This document shows positions 28,356 through 37,758 of a DNA stretch of 64,000 nt, piece after piece; the first letter of the stretch is position 1, and every line of letters begins with the position of its first letter. The position numbers and the translations under genes are program-made. This stretch comes from Candidatus Methanomethylicia archaeon. Lineage in GTDB: Archaea; Thermoproteota; Methanomethylicia; Culexarchaeales; Culexarchaeaceae. The DNA lies in assembly GCA_038727515.1 (NCBI GenBank), contig JAVYVS010000002.1, forward strand, positions 128,001-192,000, read 5' to 3'. Below the pieces are notes generated by a model that made no database searches, was not told the origin of the DNA, and saw only the letters and a list, made by a program, of their open reading frames with translations.

Positions 28356-29783
28356 ATGGAAAGATTTAAACACATGTTTATTAATAGTTTATCGGTGTAT
28401 TTCATGGGTGAAGTGGATGTTAAGAAGCTTTTGGAGAGAGCTCAAAAACCATCTCTAATAGCTCCACAATTACACAAGTTTTATGAAGGTAAACTTCAAG
28501 TTATGCCAAAAGTTCCAGTTAGAACTTTAGATGATTTCTCAATATGGTATACGCCTGGTGTTGCTGCTGCATGTAGGAAGGTTCAGGAAAATCCAGATCT
28601 AAATAGCTTTGAGTATACCAATAGATGGAATTATGTAGCTGTTGTTAGTGATGGAACTAGAGTTTTAGGTTTAGGCGATATTGGACCTGAAGCTGCTATG
28701 CCAGTTATGGAGGGTAAAGCAGTTTTATTTAAGTATCTTGGTGGTGTAGATGCATTTCCATTATGTGTTAAAACTAAGGATCCAGATAAACTCATAGAAT
28801 TCCTAGAACTTATTGAACCAAGTTTTGGTGGAATAAATTTAGAAGATATTGAAAAACCTAAATGCTTCTATGTACTTGAAAAAGCTAGAGAGAAACTTCA
28901 AATACCAGTTTGGCATGATGATCAACAGGGAACTGCCACTGTAATTCTTGCTGCAGTTATTAATGCATTGAAGGTTGTTGGAAAGAAGCTTAATGAAGCT
29001 AAAATAGTTCTTGTTGGTGCTGGTGCAGCTAATATTAAGACTGCAGATGTTCTTGAAATTGCAGGTGCTAAACCTGGAAACATAGTAATGGTTGATAGTA
29101 AGGGTATATTGAATCCTGATAGACGTGATATAATTGAGAAGGAGAAGGATCCTTGGAAGTGGAAGTGGGCTTTGAAGAGTAATAGTGAAGGATTACGTGG
29201 AGGTATACCTGAAGCTTTAAAGGGTGCTGATGTATGTGTAGCTGCAAGCCGCCCCGGTCCAGGGGTTATAAAGAAGGAGTGGATTAAGGGTATGGCTGAT
29301 AACGCCATAGTTTTAGCATGTGCAAATCCAATACCTGAAATTTGGCCTTGGGAAGCTAAGGAGGGTGGTGCAAGAATTGTTGGTACTGGTAGATCTGATT
29401 TTCCAAATCAAGTAAACAATTCTCTTGGTTTTCCAGCAATATTTAGAGGTGTACTTGATGTTAAAGCTAGAACTGTTACTGATGAAATGTGTGTTGCTGC
29501 AGCTGAAGCTTTAGCTAAATTTGCTGAGAGGAAGGGGATTCATGAAGAGTATATTCTACCAACAATGGATGAATGGGAGGTTTATATTGAAGAAGCTGTG
29601 GCATGTGCATTGAAATCTATTGAGCAAGGTGTTGCTAGAGTTAAACTTAGTAGGAATGAGCTTTGGGAGAGAGCTTCAAAGATTATTAGTGATGCTAGAA
29701 GATCTCTTGAAGCTATTTGGAAGGCTGGAATTATTAGACCTCCTCCAAGTGAAGAAGAACTTTTAAGTTTTAAACCATCTTAA
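28356..29783 (+). CDS. mae: NAD(P)-dependent malic enzyme
   Basis: YTPGVA, DGTRVLGLGDIG, NLEDI, HDDQQGT, GAGAA, GRSDFPNQVNN; true start probably MGEVDV (about 28404). Confidence 0.95.
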   Translation: MERFKHMFINSLSVYFMGEVDVKKLLERAQKPSLIAPQLHKFYEGKLQVMPKVPVRTLDDFSIWYTPGVAAACRKVQENPDLNSFEYTNRWNYVAVVSDGTRVLGLGDIGPEAAMPVMEGKAVLFKYLGGVDAFPLCVKTKDPDKLIEFLELIEPSFGGINLEDIEKPKCFYVLEKAREKLQIPVWHDDQQGTATVILAAVINALKVVGKKLNEAKIVLVGAGAANIKTADVLEIAGAKPGNIVMVDSKGILNPDRRDIIEKEKDPWKWKWALKSNSEGLRGGIPEALKGADVCVAASRPGPGVIKKEWIKGMADNAIVLACANPIPEIWPWEAKEGGARIVGTGRSDFPNQVNNSLGFPAIFRGVLDVKARTVTDEMCVAAAEALAKFAERKGIHEEYILPTMDEWEVYIEEAVACALKSIEQGVARVKLSRNELWERASKIISDARRSLEAIWKAGIIRPPPSEEELLSFKPS

Positions 29784-29813
29784 TAAATTTAAAAATTTGG
29801 GTAAATTTATCCC

Positions 29814-31229
29814 TTATATTCTTCCATTTTTTATATCTTTATGTATTGTTGTTGAAGCTATTCTACCAGTACCCATAGCTTCTATTACCGTTGCTTCTCC
29901 AAGTATTATATCTCCAGCTGCATATACACCCTTCATACTACTTCTACACTCTTCATCCACTATTATACATCCTTCTTCATTCACCTTTATTTCTGGGGTT
30001 GTTTTTGCTATTAATGGATTTGGATGACATCCAATTGCTATTATTGCTGAATCCACTTCAAATATGAATTCAGATCCCTTTATTGGGATAGGCCTCCTCC
30101 TACCACTTGCATCCGGTTCTCCAAGTTGCATTCTTAAACATTCAATTCCAATCAATTTATTTTCTTTATCACCGACAAATCTTATTGGTTGAGTTAGTAA
30201 TTGGAATTTTACACCCTCCTCTTTTGCATTTATAACTTCATCTCTTCTTGCAGGCATTTCCTCTTCAGTTCTCCTATATACAATGTATACTTCTTCAGCT
30301 TTTAATCTAATGGCTGTTCTAGCTGCATCCATAGCCACATTCCCACCACCTATAACTGCAACTTTCCTTCCAACTTTTATTGGTGTATCATATTTTGGGA
30401 ATAAATATGCCTTCATGAGGTTTACTCTAGTGAGGAATTCATTGGCTGTATATATGTTGACTAAAGTTTCTCCTGGTATACCTAGGAATTTTGGCATTCC
30501 AGCTCCAGTACCAATAAATACTGCTCTAAAACCACTTTGGAATAACTCCTTTATAGTATATGTTCTACCAATAACAGTATTCGTCTTTATATCAACTCCC
30601 AAATCCTTTAGATAGTTTATTTCATATTCAACTATCCTCTTTGGCAATCTAAATTCTGGAATTCCATAAACCAATACTCCCCCAGGTTTATGTAATGCTT
30701 CAAACATTGTTACTTCATATCCAAGTTTAGCTAGATCAGCTGCTACAGTTATACCTGCTGGTCCAGATCCAACTACAGCTATCTTTATACCATTAGATGG
30801 TGCTCTAGTTACTTCTTCCTTTATCACTCCCTCCTTTATAGCCCAATCAGCTATAAACCTCTCTAATGCACCTATAGCTATAGGCTCTTTAATTCTCTGT
30901 AGTGTACATTTAGCTTCACATTGAACTTCTTGTGGACATACTCTACCAGTTATTGCTGGTATAGCATCCTTCTCCTTTATAATCCTATATGCTCCCAAAA
31001 AGTCTTTTTCCACTATCTTCTTTATGAATTTAGGTATATCAACGTTTACTGGACATCCACTTACACATGGATAATTTGGGCATTGTAAACATCTCTTAGC
31101 TTCTTCTATTGCTTGTTCTTCAGTTAAACCTAAAGCAACTTCATTAAAACTATTCTTTCTATCTTCAATGGGAAGCTTATTCATTTCAACCCTCTTCTTT
31201 ATCGGCATTTCACTCACCCCTCCCCTCAA
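29814..31229 (-). CDS. nfnB: NfnB/SudA (GltD-like) NADPH-dependent flavoprotein, large subunit
   Basis: RCLQC..PCVSGCPV, GRVCPQEVQCE, GSGPAG, YGIPEFRLPK, GGGNVAMDAAR. Confidence 0.9.
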   Translation of the reverse strand: MRGGVSEMPIKKRVEMNKLPIEDRKNSFNEVALGLTEEQAIEEAKRCLQCPNYPCVSGCPVNVDIPKFIKKIVEKDFLGAYRIIKEKDAIPAITGRVCPQEVQCEAKCTLQRIKEPIAIGALERFIADWAIKEGVIKEEVTRAPSNGIKIAVVGSGPAGITVAADLAKLGYEVTMFEALHKPGGVLVYGIPEFRLPKRIVEYEINYLKDLGVDIKTNTVIGRTYTIKELFQSGFRAVFIGTGAGMPKFLGIPGETLVNIYTANEFLTRVNLMKAYLFPKYDTPIKVGRKVAVIGGGNVAMDAARTAIRLKAEEVYIVYRRTEEEMPARRDEVINAKEEGVKFQLLTQPIRFVGDKENKLIGIECLRMQLGEPDASGRRRPIPIKGSEFIFEVDSAIIAIGCHPNPLIAKTTPEIKVNEEGCIIVDEECRSSMKGVYAAGDIILGEATVIEAMGTGRIASTTIHKDIKNGRI

Positions 31230-32061
31230 GATAAATCTTTAATGCCATTTGCTCCTCACTTCTATATGCATTTAACCTCATTAATAGTATATCAAAGTTT
31301 ACTTTGTGTGCATCGAATTCAGGTCCTTCAAAACATACAAATCTTGTTTCACCATTTACTTCAACTCTACATGCAGCACACATACCCATTCCACATACCA
31401 TTATTGGATTTAAACTTGCAATAGTCTTTATATTATATGGTTTTGTAACTTCTGCACAAACCTTCATCATTATTGCAGGCCCAACAGTTACAACTCTATC
31501 AACCTTCAATCCACTTTTTAATAGATCTCTTAATTCATCTGATACAAACCCCTTTCTCCCCTTTGATCCATCATCTGTAGTTATTCTAAGTTCATCACTT
31601 ACACTCATCATCTTATCTTCATATATAAGTAGATTTTTACTTCTAGCTCCTATTATCGATATAATCTTGTTTCCAGCATTCTTTAATTCTCTTGCTATTG
31701 GGTATATTGCTGGTATCCCCACTCCACCTCCTATGCATACCACTGTTCCAAATCTATCTATTTCTGATGGATTCCCCAATGGCCCTACAACATCCATAAT
31801 TGTTTCTCCCACATTAAGTTTACCAAGTTTATATGTTGAAACCCCAACTTCTTGGAATACTATGGTTATAATTCCATCCTTAGCATTCCAATCAGCTATT
31901 GTTAATGGTATTCTCTCACATTCTTCTCCAACTCTAATCACTATGAATTGTCCAGCTTTCACTTTTGATGCTATATCTGGATTATAAACTTCTATTTCTA
32001 TTATTCTCGGTGCAAGTTCTCTTTTTGCAATTATTTGATTTTTCTGCGGCATTACCACCAC
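31210..32061 (-). CDS. nfnA: NfnA/SudB flavoprotein, small subunit
   Basis: GQFIVIR...ERIPLTIAD, GPLG, GGGVG, TDDGS, MVCGMGMCAACRV...CFEGPEF. Confidence 0.9.
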   Translation of the reverse strand: MVVMPQKNQIIAKRELAPRIIEIEVYNPDIASKVKAGQFIVIRVGEECERIPLTIADWNAKDGIITIVFQEVGVSTYKLGKLNVGETIMDVVGPLGNPSEIDRFGTVVCIGGGVGIPAIYPIARELKNAGNKIISIIGARSKNLLIYEDKMMSVSDELRITTDDGSKGRKGFVSDELRDLLKSGLKVDRVVTVGPAIMMKVCAEVTKPYNIKTIASLNPIMVCGMGMCAACRVEVNGETRFVCFEGPEFDAHKVNFDILLMRLNAYRSEEQMALKIYLEGRGE

Positions 32062-32195
32062 TCATATGTAAGGATTTTCTGCTACACATTTCTATGTGGA
32101 ATATTTAATCATTTCGAATACAATATTAAATTTCATTTGAGGCAACCACTTATATATATGTGTACTAATATTTCTATGGTTTTGGAGGGATTTTA

Positions 32196-32540
32196 TTGGA
32201 GGTTAAGTTTAAGGCTGTTGTTGCAAGTAAAAATGTTGTTAGAGCTCCTAATGGTGAAAAAATGTTTAGAATTGATTTAATTGAAGAAGAGGAATCTCCA
32301 CCTCCAGTATTCTTCTCTTCTCAAGATTCTGAGTTAGCTAAGGATGTTCTTCCAATTATGCAACAAGTTATGAGGATGATGCCAATTCCGCTTTCCACAT
32401 CACTTCAAATTCCACGTTTAACTTTATGGCTTACTGAAGATGAATGGAGTATGCTTGAACCTAAACCTGAATTAGGTGACTCTTTAACGGTAATCGTTTC
32501 CAGTGGGAAAATCAAAATTTCTAAAGAAGAAGATTTATGA
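32196..32540 (+). CDS. Arcadin-1 homolog
   Basis: Resembles Pyrobaculum arcadin-1 along its length (VVASK.V..P.G....IDLIEE.E.PPP....QD..LAKDVLP..Q......IPRLTLWLTEDE......GD); recalled, not searched. Confidence 0.75.
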   Translation: MEVKFKAVVASKNVVRAPNGEKMFRIDLIEEEESPPPVFFSSQDSELAKDVLPIMQQVMRMMPIPLSTSLQIPRLTLWLTEDEWSMLEPKPELGDSLTVIVSSGKIKISKEEDL

Positions 32541-32546
32541 AGAATT

Positions 32547-32957
32547 TTATCTCATATATGTTAATTGCTGTTGAGGTTGCTGTTCTTCTTCTTCCAATGG
32601 TAATGGAGGTATTATCTTCCCTTGCTCTATAACTTTCTTTAAATATTCCCCATATTTCTCAGTATGTTGTATATCAAATTCTGTTATAATCTTCATTATA
32701 GACCATAATTTTTCCTGAACTTCTTTAACCATTTCCAATGGCATTAATCCTATTATTAATGGGTTTTGAAGCCATGCATCAAACCCCTTTATTGTTCTAG
32801 CTATTTGTGAACATGCAGCTCTAGCTGCTATTATTAGTGATAATCTATCTGCTGCTTCAAGTTCACCTTCACTTTTCTTAACATATTCTAGAAATCTCTT
32901 TTGTGAATTCACCCATGATTCTATATTCTGTATTATTGGGGGCTTATCCCTATGCAT
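32547..32957 (-). CDS. DUF2153 family protein
   Basis: WVNSQK, ADRLSLI, RTIKGFDAWLQNP, MP.EM, FDIQHT. Confidence 0.8.
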   Translation of the reverse strand: MHRDKPPIIQNIESWVNSQKRFLEYVKKSEGELEAADRLSLIIAARAACSQIARTIKGFDAWLQNPLIIGLMPLEMVKEVQEKLWSIMKIITEFDIQHTEKYGEYLKKVIEQGKIIPPLPLEEEEQQPQQQLTYMR

Positions 32958-32982
32958 TTTATCTCCTCACCTCTTATTAGCA

Positions 32983-33291
32983 TTATCCCCTATATATGTG
33001 TTTGCCTCCTAAAATTTTCATTAATCCTCTAATACTTAGAAGATTATTTATTACTTTTAATTCCTCTTTAAAAATATCTTTAGATAATCTATCTGCGAGA
33101 TCCTTAGGAATACCATAATTCTCCATAATCCTACGCATCTTCCATTTATATATGTGGCATCTAACTTTCATCTTCATTTTCCACTCATATAACTCCATTA
33201 AAATCACTATTGAATTTAACAATATTTTTACCATTATTAATGCTATAGATATTATTGAGATTACCTTTACAATTTTACTCATCGACATCAA
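32983..33291 (-). CDS. Hypothetical protein with N-terminal TM helix
   Basis: Hydrophobic N-terminus, basic middle, GIPKDLADRL; co-oriented with neighbours. Confidence 0.7.
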   Translation of the reverse strand: MMSMSKIVKVISIISIALIMVKILLNSIVILMELYEWKMKMKVRCHIYKWKMRRIMENYGIPKDLADRLSKDIFKEELKVINNLLSIRGLMKILGGKHIYRG

Positions 33292-33303
33292 CTTTAACTA
33301 CTT

Positions 33304-33711
33304 CTATTCCTTCTTCTTCCACTTCTCCATTTCTTCCTTTAACTTTTCCAATTCTTCTAAATAACTCTTCCTTGGACCACTAAATCTTGAAATTAATTCT
33401 CCAAGTAGCTTCATTGGTGTTTGAGCTTCCTTTGCATAATTTTCTGTTAATCTTATTGCAACTTCATCAGGCAGTCCACTTTCCTTAAGCTTCTTATAGT
33501 ATTCACCTATACTTTTACCAATTCTTTCCCCTAAATCTGCTGCATATATTGCTGAGATCAATTCATTTATTAGTTTTGGCAATTTATCTATGAATTCTGA
33601 TATTACATTTAATACTTCTCTTAATTCAGCTACATCTTCAAATTCCTCTCTTCTCCTCCTCTCTTCCTTTCTTTCTTCATTTTGCATTTTTCCACCTCCA
33701 TATATCCACAT
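33304..33711 (-). CDS. Conserved helical hypothetical protein
   Basis: GKSIGEYYKKLKESGLPDEVAIRLT; start probably MQNEE after a GGAGG SD. Confidence 0.75.
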   Translation of the reverse strand: MWIYGGGKMQNEERKEERRRREEFEDVAELREVLNVISEFIDKLPKLINELISAIYAADLGERIGKSIGEYYKKLKESGLPDEVAIRLTENYAKEAQTPMKLLGELISRFSGPRKSYLEELEKLKEEMEKWKKKE

Positions 33712-33737
33712 ATATGTTTATTGTGATTAATTTTTCC

Positions 33738-33771
33738 ATAATAATTTAATCATTTTATGATCGATTATTAT
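33738..33771. promoter_or_regulatory. Imperfect inverted repeat, candidate operator
   Basis: ATAATAAT-tta-ATCAT-ttt-ATGAT-cg-ATTATTAT upstream of the 33711 gene; AT-rich, so chance is possible. Confidence 0.35.
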
Positions 33772-33804
33772 ATTCAATTTTTATGGATATGATTTGAATT
33801 ATGA

Positions 33805-34218
33805 TTACAATAAATAATATACTTTTTCTCTCCCCTTCAGTTCCTCTTTCACTATACCTTTAGCTACTAATGCCTTCAACTTTCTAGATACTGTTAATCT
33901 TGAAGACCTCCCCCTCCTCCTTTTTATTTCTTTAGTTATTTGGGTTATGTTCATAGGTCCCATGTATGCTAATATGCGCATTATATCCTTTGATATTCCA
34001 TCCAACATTATGTTCCTAATCATCCTCTCAATATTTAGTATCCTTTTATATTCTGATGTTATAGTCCTATATGTTTCTATTCCACCTTCAAGTAATGAAA
34101 ATATATTGCTATCATTTCCTAAACCTAAAATCCTCTTTATAGTTTCTATTTCCCTTGATAGATGTTCAAGTAAATATTCAATTCTATCAAGTCTATCTAT
34201 TAAATCTCTCCTACCCAT
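33805..34218 (-). CDS. Coiled-coil plus ArsR-like winged-helix regulator
   Basis: IMRILAYMGPMNITQIT...SRLTVSRKLKALVAKGIV...GREKVYYL. Confidence 0.8.
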   Translation of the reverse strand: MGRRDLIDRLDRIEYLLEHLSREIETIKRILGLGNDSNIFSLLEGGIETYRTITSEYKRILNIERMIRNIMLDGISKDIMRILAYMGPMNITQITKEIKRRRGRSSRLTVSRKLKALVAKGIVKEELKGREKVYYLL

Positions 34219-34321
34219 TCGATTCCATTTAAGATTTACCTTTATAAGATAAATAAGTATTCCTCAATTTAATATTCGAGTTAAATTTTTATCTTAATTA
34301 GTTTTATCTTATTTTCTGGTA

Positions 34322-34798
34322 GTGTTGATGTATTATAATTATGATGTACCTTTTGTCTCAACTCCTGAAAACGTTGCTAGGAGAATGCTTCAGCTTTGTA
34401 ATGTTAAACCTGGAGAACTTGTTTATGATCTTGGTGCTGGTGATGGTAGAATTTTATTTATTGCAGCCAAAGAGTTTAAAGCTAGAGCTGTGGGTATTGA
34501 GATTAGACCTCAACTTGTTAAACAAATTGAAGAGAGGATTTTAGCTGAAAATCTTCAAGGTGTTGTTAGAATTATTCATGGAAACTTCTTTGATGTTAGT
34601 ATACGTGATGCAGATGTAGTTACAATGTATTTACTAACTAGTGTTAATGAGCGTTTAAAACCTAAACTTGAGAGAGAACTAAGACCTGGGACAAGAATTG
34701 TCTCACATGATTTTGAAATTCCAGGTTGGCGTCCAGTTAGAGTTGAAATAGTATCTGATGAGTGGAGTACACATAGAATATACCTTTATTATAGGTAG
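34322..34798 (+). CDS. Class I SAM methyltransferase, archaeal protein-lysine methyltransferase (aKMT/FAM173-like)
   Basis: VPFVSTP..V.RRML, YDLGAGDGR, DVVTMYL, LRPGTRIVSHDF. Confidence 0.85.
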   Translation: MLMYYNYDVPFVSTPENVARRMLQLCNVKPGELVYDLGAGDGRILFIAAKEFKARAVGIEIRPQLVKQIEERILAENLQGVVRIIHGNFFDVSIRDADVVTMYLLTSVNERLKPKLERELRPGTRIVSHDFEIPGWRPVRVEIVSDEWSTHRIYLYYR

Positions 34799-34818
34799 GT
34801 AAATCTACCTTTACTATT

Positions 34819-35214
34819 TTAAATTTTTCTCGTTAATATGTAGATGAATGTTAATAATGTTATTACAATTATAATTATTATTGATACTATTAATGTTAAT
34901 TCCAGCCCCTCTAAACCTTTTATGAATATTATTGGTATAAATGGGAATATTACTATTCCACCAGCTATTGTACCCCCCATGAATATCTGTGAAATCATTA
35001 TTATGATTATCCCAATGAATATCATTAAAAATCCTATCATTGAAATTTTGAATATGGTGTTTATAGTTTCTCCACCCATAATATTGGAATCCTCTATCTT
35101 AAGACATTTTATACACATCCATTTCTCCGTATCTAAGCATTCTTCACAGACTCTACATCCACAATTAATACATGTATATTTTGCATTTCTAATTCCACAT
35201 ATTTCACATTTCAT
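34819..35214 (-). CDS. Zn-finger fused to DUF131-like membrane domain
   Basis: CEIC..AKYTCINCGCRVCEEC..CIKC then GFLMIFIGII...GGIVIFPFIPIIF. Confidence 0.75.
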   Translation of the reverse strand: MKCEICGIRNAKYTCINCGCRVCEECLDTEKWMCIKCLKIEDSNIMGGETINTIFKISMIGFLMIFIGIIIIMISQIFMGGTIAGGIVIFPFIPIIFIKGLEGLELTLIVSIIIIIVITLLTFIYILTRKI

Positions 35215-35474
35215 AGAATCCTAAACCTCCATAATGGAATTATTGATAATAGCATTAGTGTTATCATGATTAATAATGTTATTATAACCATAATCTTTAA
35301 TATCTTTGAGCTTGTCCCAAATATTATTGGGAATGGTCCTATAATTATTACTCCTCCACTTTCAACTCTACCACTAGATTTAGCTTTCATTATGGCTATA
35401 ATAGCTCCTAAAAATATTGTTAACACTCCAATTATTATCAGTATGAATCCTATAATGGATAAATCTATCATCAA
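35211..35474 (-). CDS. DUF131/TIGR00304 membrane protein
   Basis: GFILIIIG...ESGGVIIIGPFPIIFGTS. Confidence 0.88.
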   Translation of the reverse strand: MMIDLSIIGFILIIIGVLTIFLGAIIAIMKAKSSGRVESGGVIIIGPFPIIFGTSSKILKIMVIITLLIMITLMLLSIIPLWRFRIL

Positions 35475-35503
35475 ATCTTCAATATACTTGGGAAATTATA
35501 TTT

Positions 35504-35707
35504 TTAACTTTTCTTGGATTTAAATAGGTATATGGATGCTATAATTGCTAGTATTGTTGGTATATATATTATTAAAGCTTCAAATGTTATGTTAAATATT
35601 GTGATCCCAAGGATTCTTAATGTTATTGTTATTGTTGAAATGAAGATCATTATTAATGATGTTAAAAAGAAATTTCTCACTTCTTCATTTTCATATGTTT
35701 TTTGCAT
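35504..35707 (-). CDS. Small two-TM membrane protein
   Basis: 67 aa, two hydrophobic segments, basic C-terminus. Confidence 0.55.
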   Translation of the reverse strand: MQKTYENEEVRNFFLTSLIMIFISTITITLRILGITIFNITFEALIIYIPTILAIIASIYLFKSKKS

Positions 35708-35740
35708 ATAAACAATTTAGAAACAAATAAATATTAATAT

Positions 35741-36109
35741 TTGTTAGATTATCTTCAAATTTTAACATTGGTTTTTGAGGTGTGTATGACTTTGTACTTT
35801 GATTATGATATTGCTTCATCAGATGCAAGTAGTTACATGGATATTACTTCTAAGGTTTCACAGAAATTCTTTAAAAATATTGTTATAGGTCCACCTAGAC
35901 TTACTGGTTATGAGAAGGCTAGGATTATTGGGGCTAGAGCTTTGCAAATATCTCTTGGAGCTCCAGTTCTAATTAATGTTGAGGATAAAAATCTTTCACC
36001 AATAGAAATTGCTAGGATAGAATTGGAAAGAGGGGTTCTTCCATTAACTATTAGAAGGATTAAGCCTGATGGCTCTTGGCAAGACATTCCATTATCATGG
36101 CTAATATAG
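35741..36109 (+). CDS. rpoK: RNA polymerase subunit Rpo6/RpoK
   Basis: LTGYEKARIIGARALQISLGAP, IA..EL..GVLPLTIRR..PDG; true start likely later (MTLYF, about 35786). Confidence 0.95.
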   Translation: MLDYLQILTLVFEVCMTLYFDYDIASSDASSYMDITSKVSQKFFKNIVIGPPRLTGYEKARIIGARALQISLGAPVLINVEDKNLSPIEIARIELERGVLPLTIRRIKPDGSWQDIPLSWLI

Positions 36110-36122
36110 AAAACTTTAAATA

Positions 36123-36536
36123 TTGATTTATATCTTGCATGTAATCGAAGATATAGAAATGAATGTAACCAGTAAAGTGATTGTTGGGAAGCATGTCTAC
36201 GGTAATCTATATGATTGTGATGCAGAAATTCTTTCCAATGAACGTTTATTAAGGGATATAGCTATTGAGGCTGCTAAGATAGCTAATATGACTGTTTGGG
36301 ATGTGAAATCTTGGAAGTTTGGTGGAGAGAAGGGTGGAGTTTCAGTTATAGTTTTAGTTATTGAAAGTCATATTGCCATACATACTTGGACTGAGTATTC
36401 CTATGCTACATTAGATGTGTATACTTGTGGTGATAAGAGTGATCCTGAAAAAGCTTTTGATTACATAGCTTCAAAACTTAAACCAAGATATGTGAAGAAG
36501 TATTATGCTGATAGAAGTTCCTTTGCTGCTAATTGA
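36123..36536 (+). CDS. Pyruvoyl-dependent decarboxylase proenzyme of the SpeD fold, probably the crenarchaeal arginine decarboxylase clade
   Basis: GKHVYGNLY, FGGEKGGVSV..LVIE/SHIAIHTW, YATLDVYTCG, YADRSS. Confidence 0.85.
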   Translation: MIYILHVIEDIEMNVTSKVIVGKHVYGNLYDCDAEILSNERLLRDIAIEAAKIANMTVWDVKSWKFGGEKGGVSVIVLVIESHIAIHTWTEYSYATLDVYTCGDKSDPEKAFDYIASKLKPRYVKKYYADRSSFAAN

Positions 36537-36590
36537 GTTCTCAACATAAAACTTTAAAAATCAATTATTTATATCTATTTTTGAATTGTT

Positions 36591-37217
36591 ATGGTTATTG
36601 TTTTAACTGGTTTTGAACCTTATGGTGAAGAATCTTATAATCCATCTGGAGATATTGTAAAGAAGTTTAATGGTTTAAATTTTATGGGTGAAGAGATCGT
36701 TGGAGTGGTTTTACCAGTTTCTTTTGCTAAAGTTAAAGGATTATTGGAGAATCTCGTATTAAATTATAAACCTAGAATTTTATTGAGTTTAGGTCTTGCT
36801 CCAAGAGCATCTTGTGTACGTGTTGAGAGAATTGCCATAAATATTATGGATTCAGGTCCTGATAATGATGGTTATAAACCTGTGGATGAACCAATAATTG
36901 CTGGAGGTCCTACAGCCTTCTTCTCAACTTTACCGATTAAAGCTATTGTTAAACGTATGTTGGATTTAGGTATACCCGCATATATTTCTAATAGTGCCGG
37001 TACTTTCCTTTGTAATTGTGTTATGTATTTGGGTTTGTACTTTATGGATAGATTTAATGTTAATGGTAAAGCTGGCTTTATACATATACCATACACTATA
37101 GAACAAGCTTCAAGTAAGCTTAAAACTGGGGTTAGAGGTGAGCCTCCTCCCTCAATGAATTTCAATGATATTTTGAATGCTATTAAAGTGGCTCTAGAAG
37201 TTTCTCTACAATCATAA
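36591..37217 (+). CDS. pcp: Pyroglutamyl-peptidase I
   Basis: LTGFEPYG...NPS, VERIAIN, SAGTFLCN, GFIHIP. Confidence 0.95.
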   Translation: MVIVLTGFEPYGEESYNPSGDIVKKFNGLNFMGEEIVGVVLPVSFAKVKGLLENLVLNYKPRILLSLGLAPRASCVRVERIAINIMDSGPDNDGYKPVDEPIIAGGPTAFFSTLPIKAIVKRMLDLGIPAYISNSAGTFLCNCVMYLGLYFMDRFNVNGKAGFIHIPYTIEQASSKLKTGVRGEPPPSMNFNDILNAIKVALEVSLQS

Positions 37218-37700
37218 TTGTCTAGCCATTACATATGCATCTTCACCATCAGCATAATATCCTTGTATCCTATTGGTTATTGTGTAATTCAATTTCTCAT
37301 ATAATCTTATTGCTGGATAATTGCTAACTCTAACTTCTAAGTATACTTCTGTCGCTCCATAGTTTTTCATTGCTTCCATGGCTTTAACCATTAAATTATA
37401 TCCTATACCCATCCTCCTATATTGTGGTAGTACTGCTATGGATATTACATGTCCCTTCTTTAATAATGCAAATTTGAAATTCGACATTCCATACTCTATT
37501 CTACACATAATATATCCCACTACTTCCCCATCTACATCTGCCACTAGGAATGCCTTTGGATATTTCCTATAGTGTTGCATAAAGAATGATTGTGAATAGT
37601 TTTCTGGTAGGCATTTCCTATTTATATCCATGACTATTGGTATATCTTTTAATGTGACTTCCCTTATCGTATACTTTATAGTAGGCAATAATTTCCCCAA
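37212..37700 (-). CDS. rimI: N-alpha-acetyltransferase (Ard1/RimI)
   Basis: LPENY, GYIMCRIE, GHVISIAV..YRRMGIG, LEVRVSN, YYADGEDAY. Confidence 0.92.
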   Translation of the reverse strand: MGKLLPTIKYTIREVTLKDIPIVMDINRKCLPENYSQSFFMQHYRKYPKAFLVADVDGEVVGYIMCRIEYGMSNFKFALLKKGHVISIAVLPQYRRMGIGYNLMVKAMEAMKNYGATEVYLEVRVSNYPAIRLYEKLNYTITNRIQGYYADGEDAYVMARQL

Positions 37701-37758
37701 GACAATTTATGGTAGAAATATTTTTAGGTTTTACTCATCATGATTTAAATAGAATTTT

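Noticed and set aside
31304-31987. 227-aa antisense ORF, and the many similar shadows over sufS, M42, OYE, mae and others
   Set aside because: Antisense to well-supported genes; no motifs
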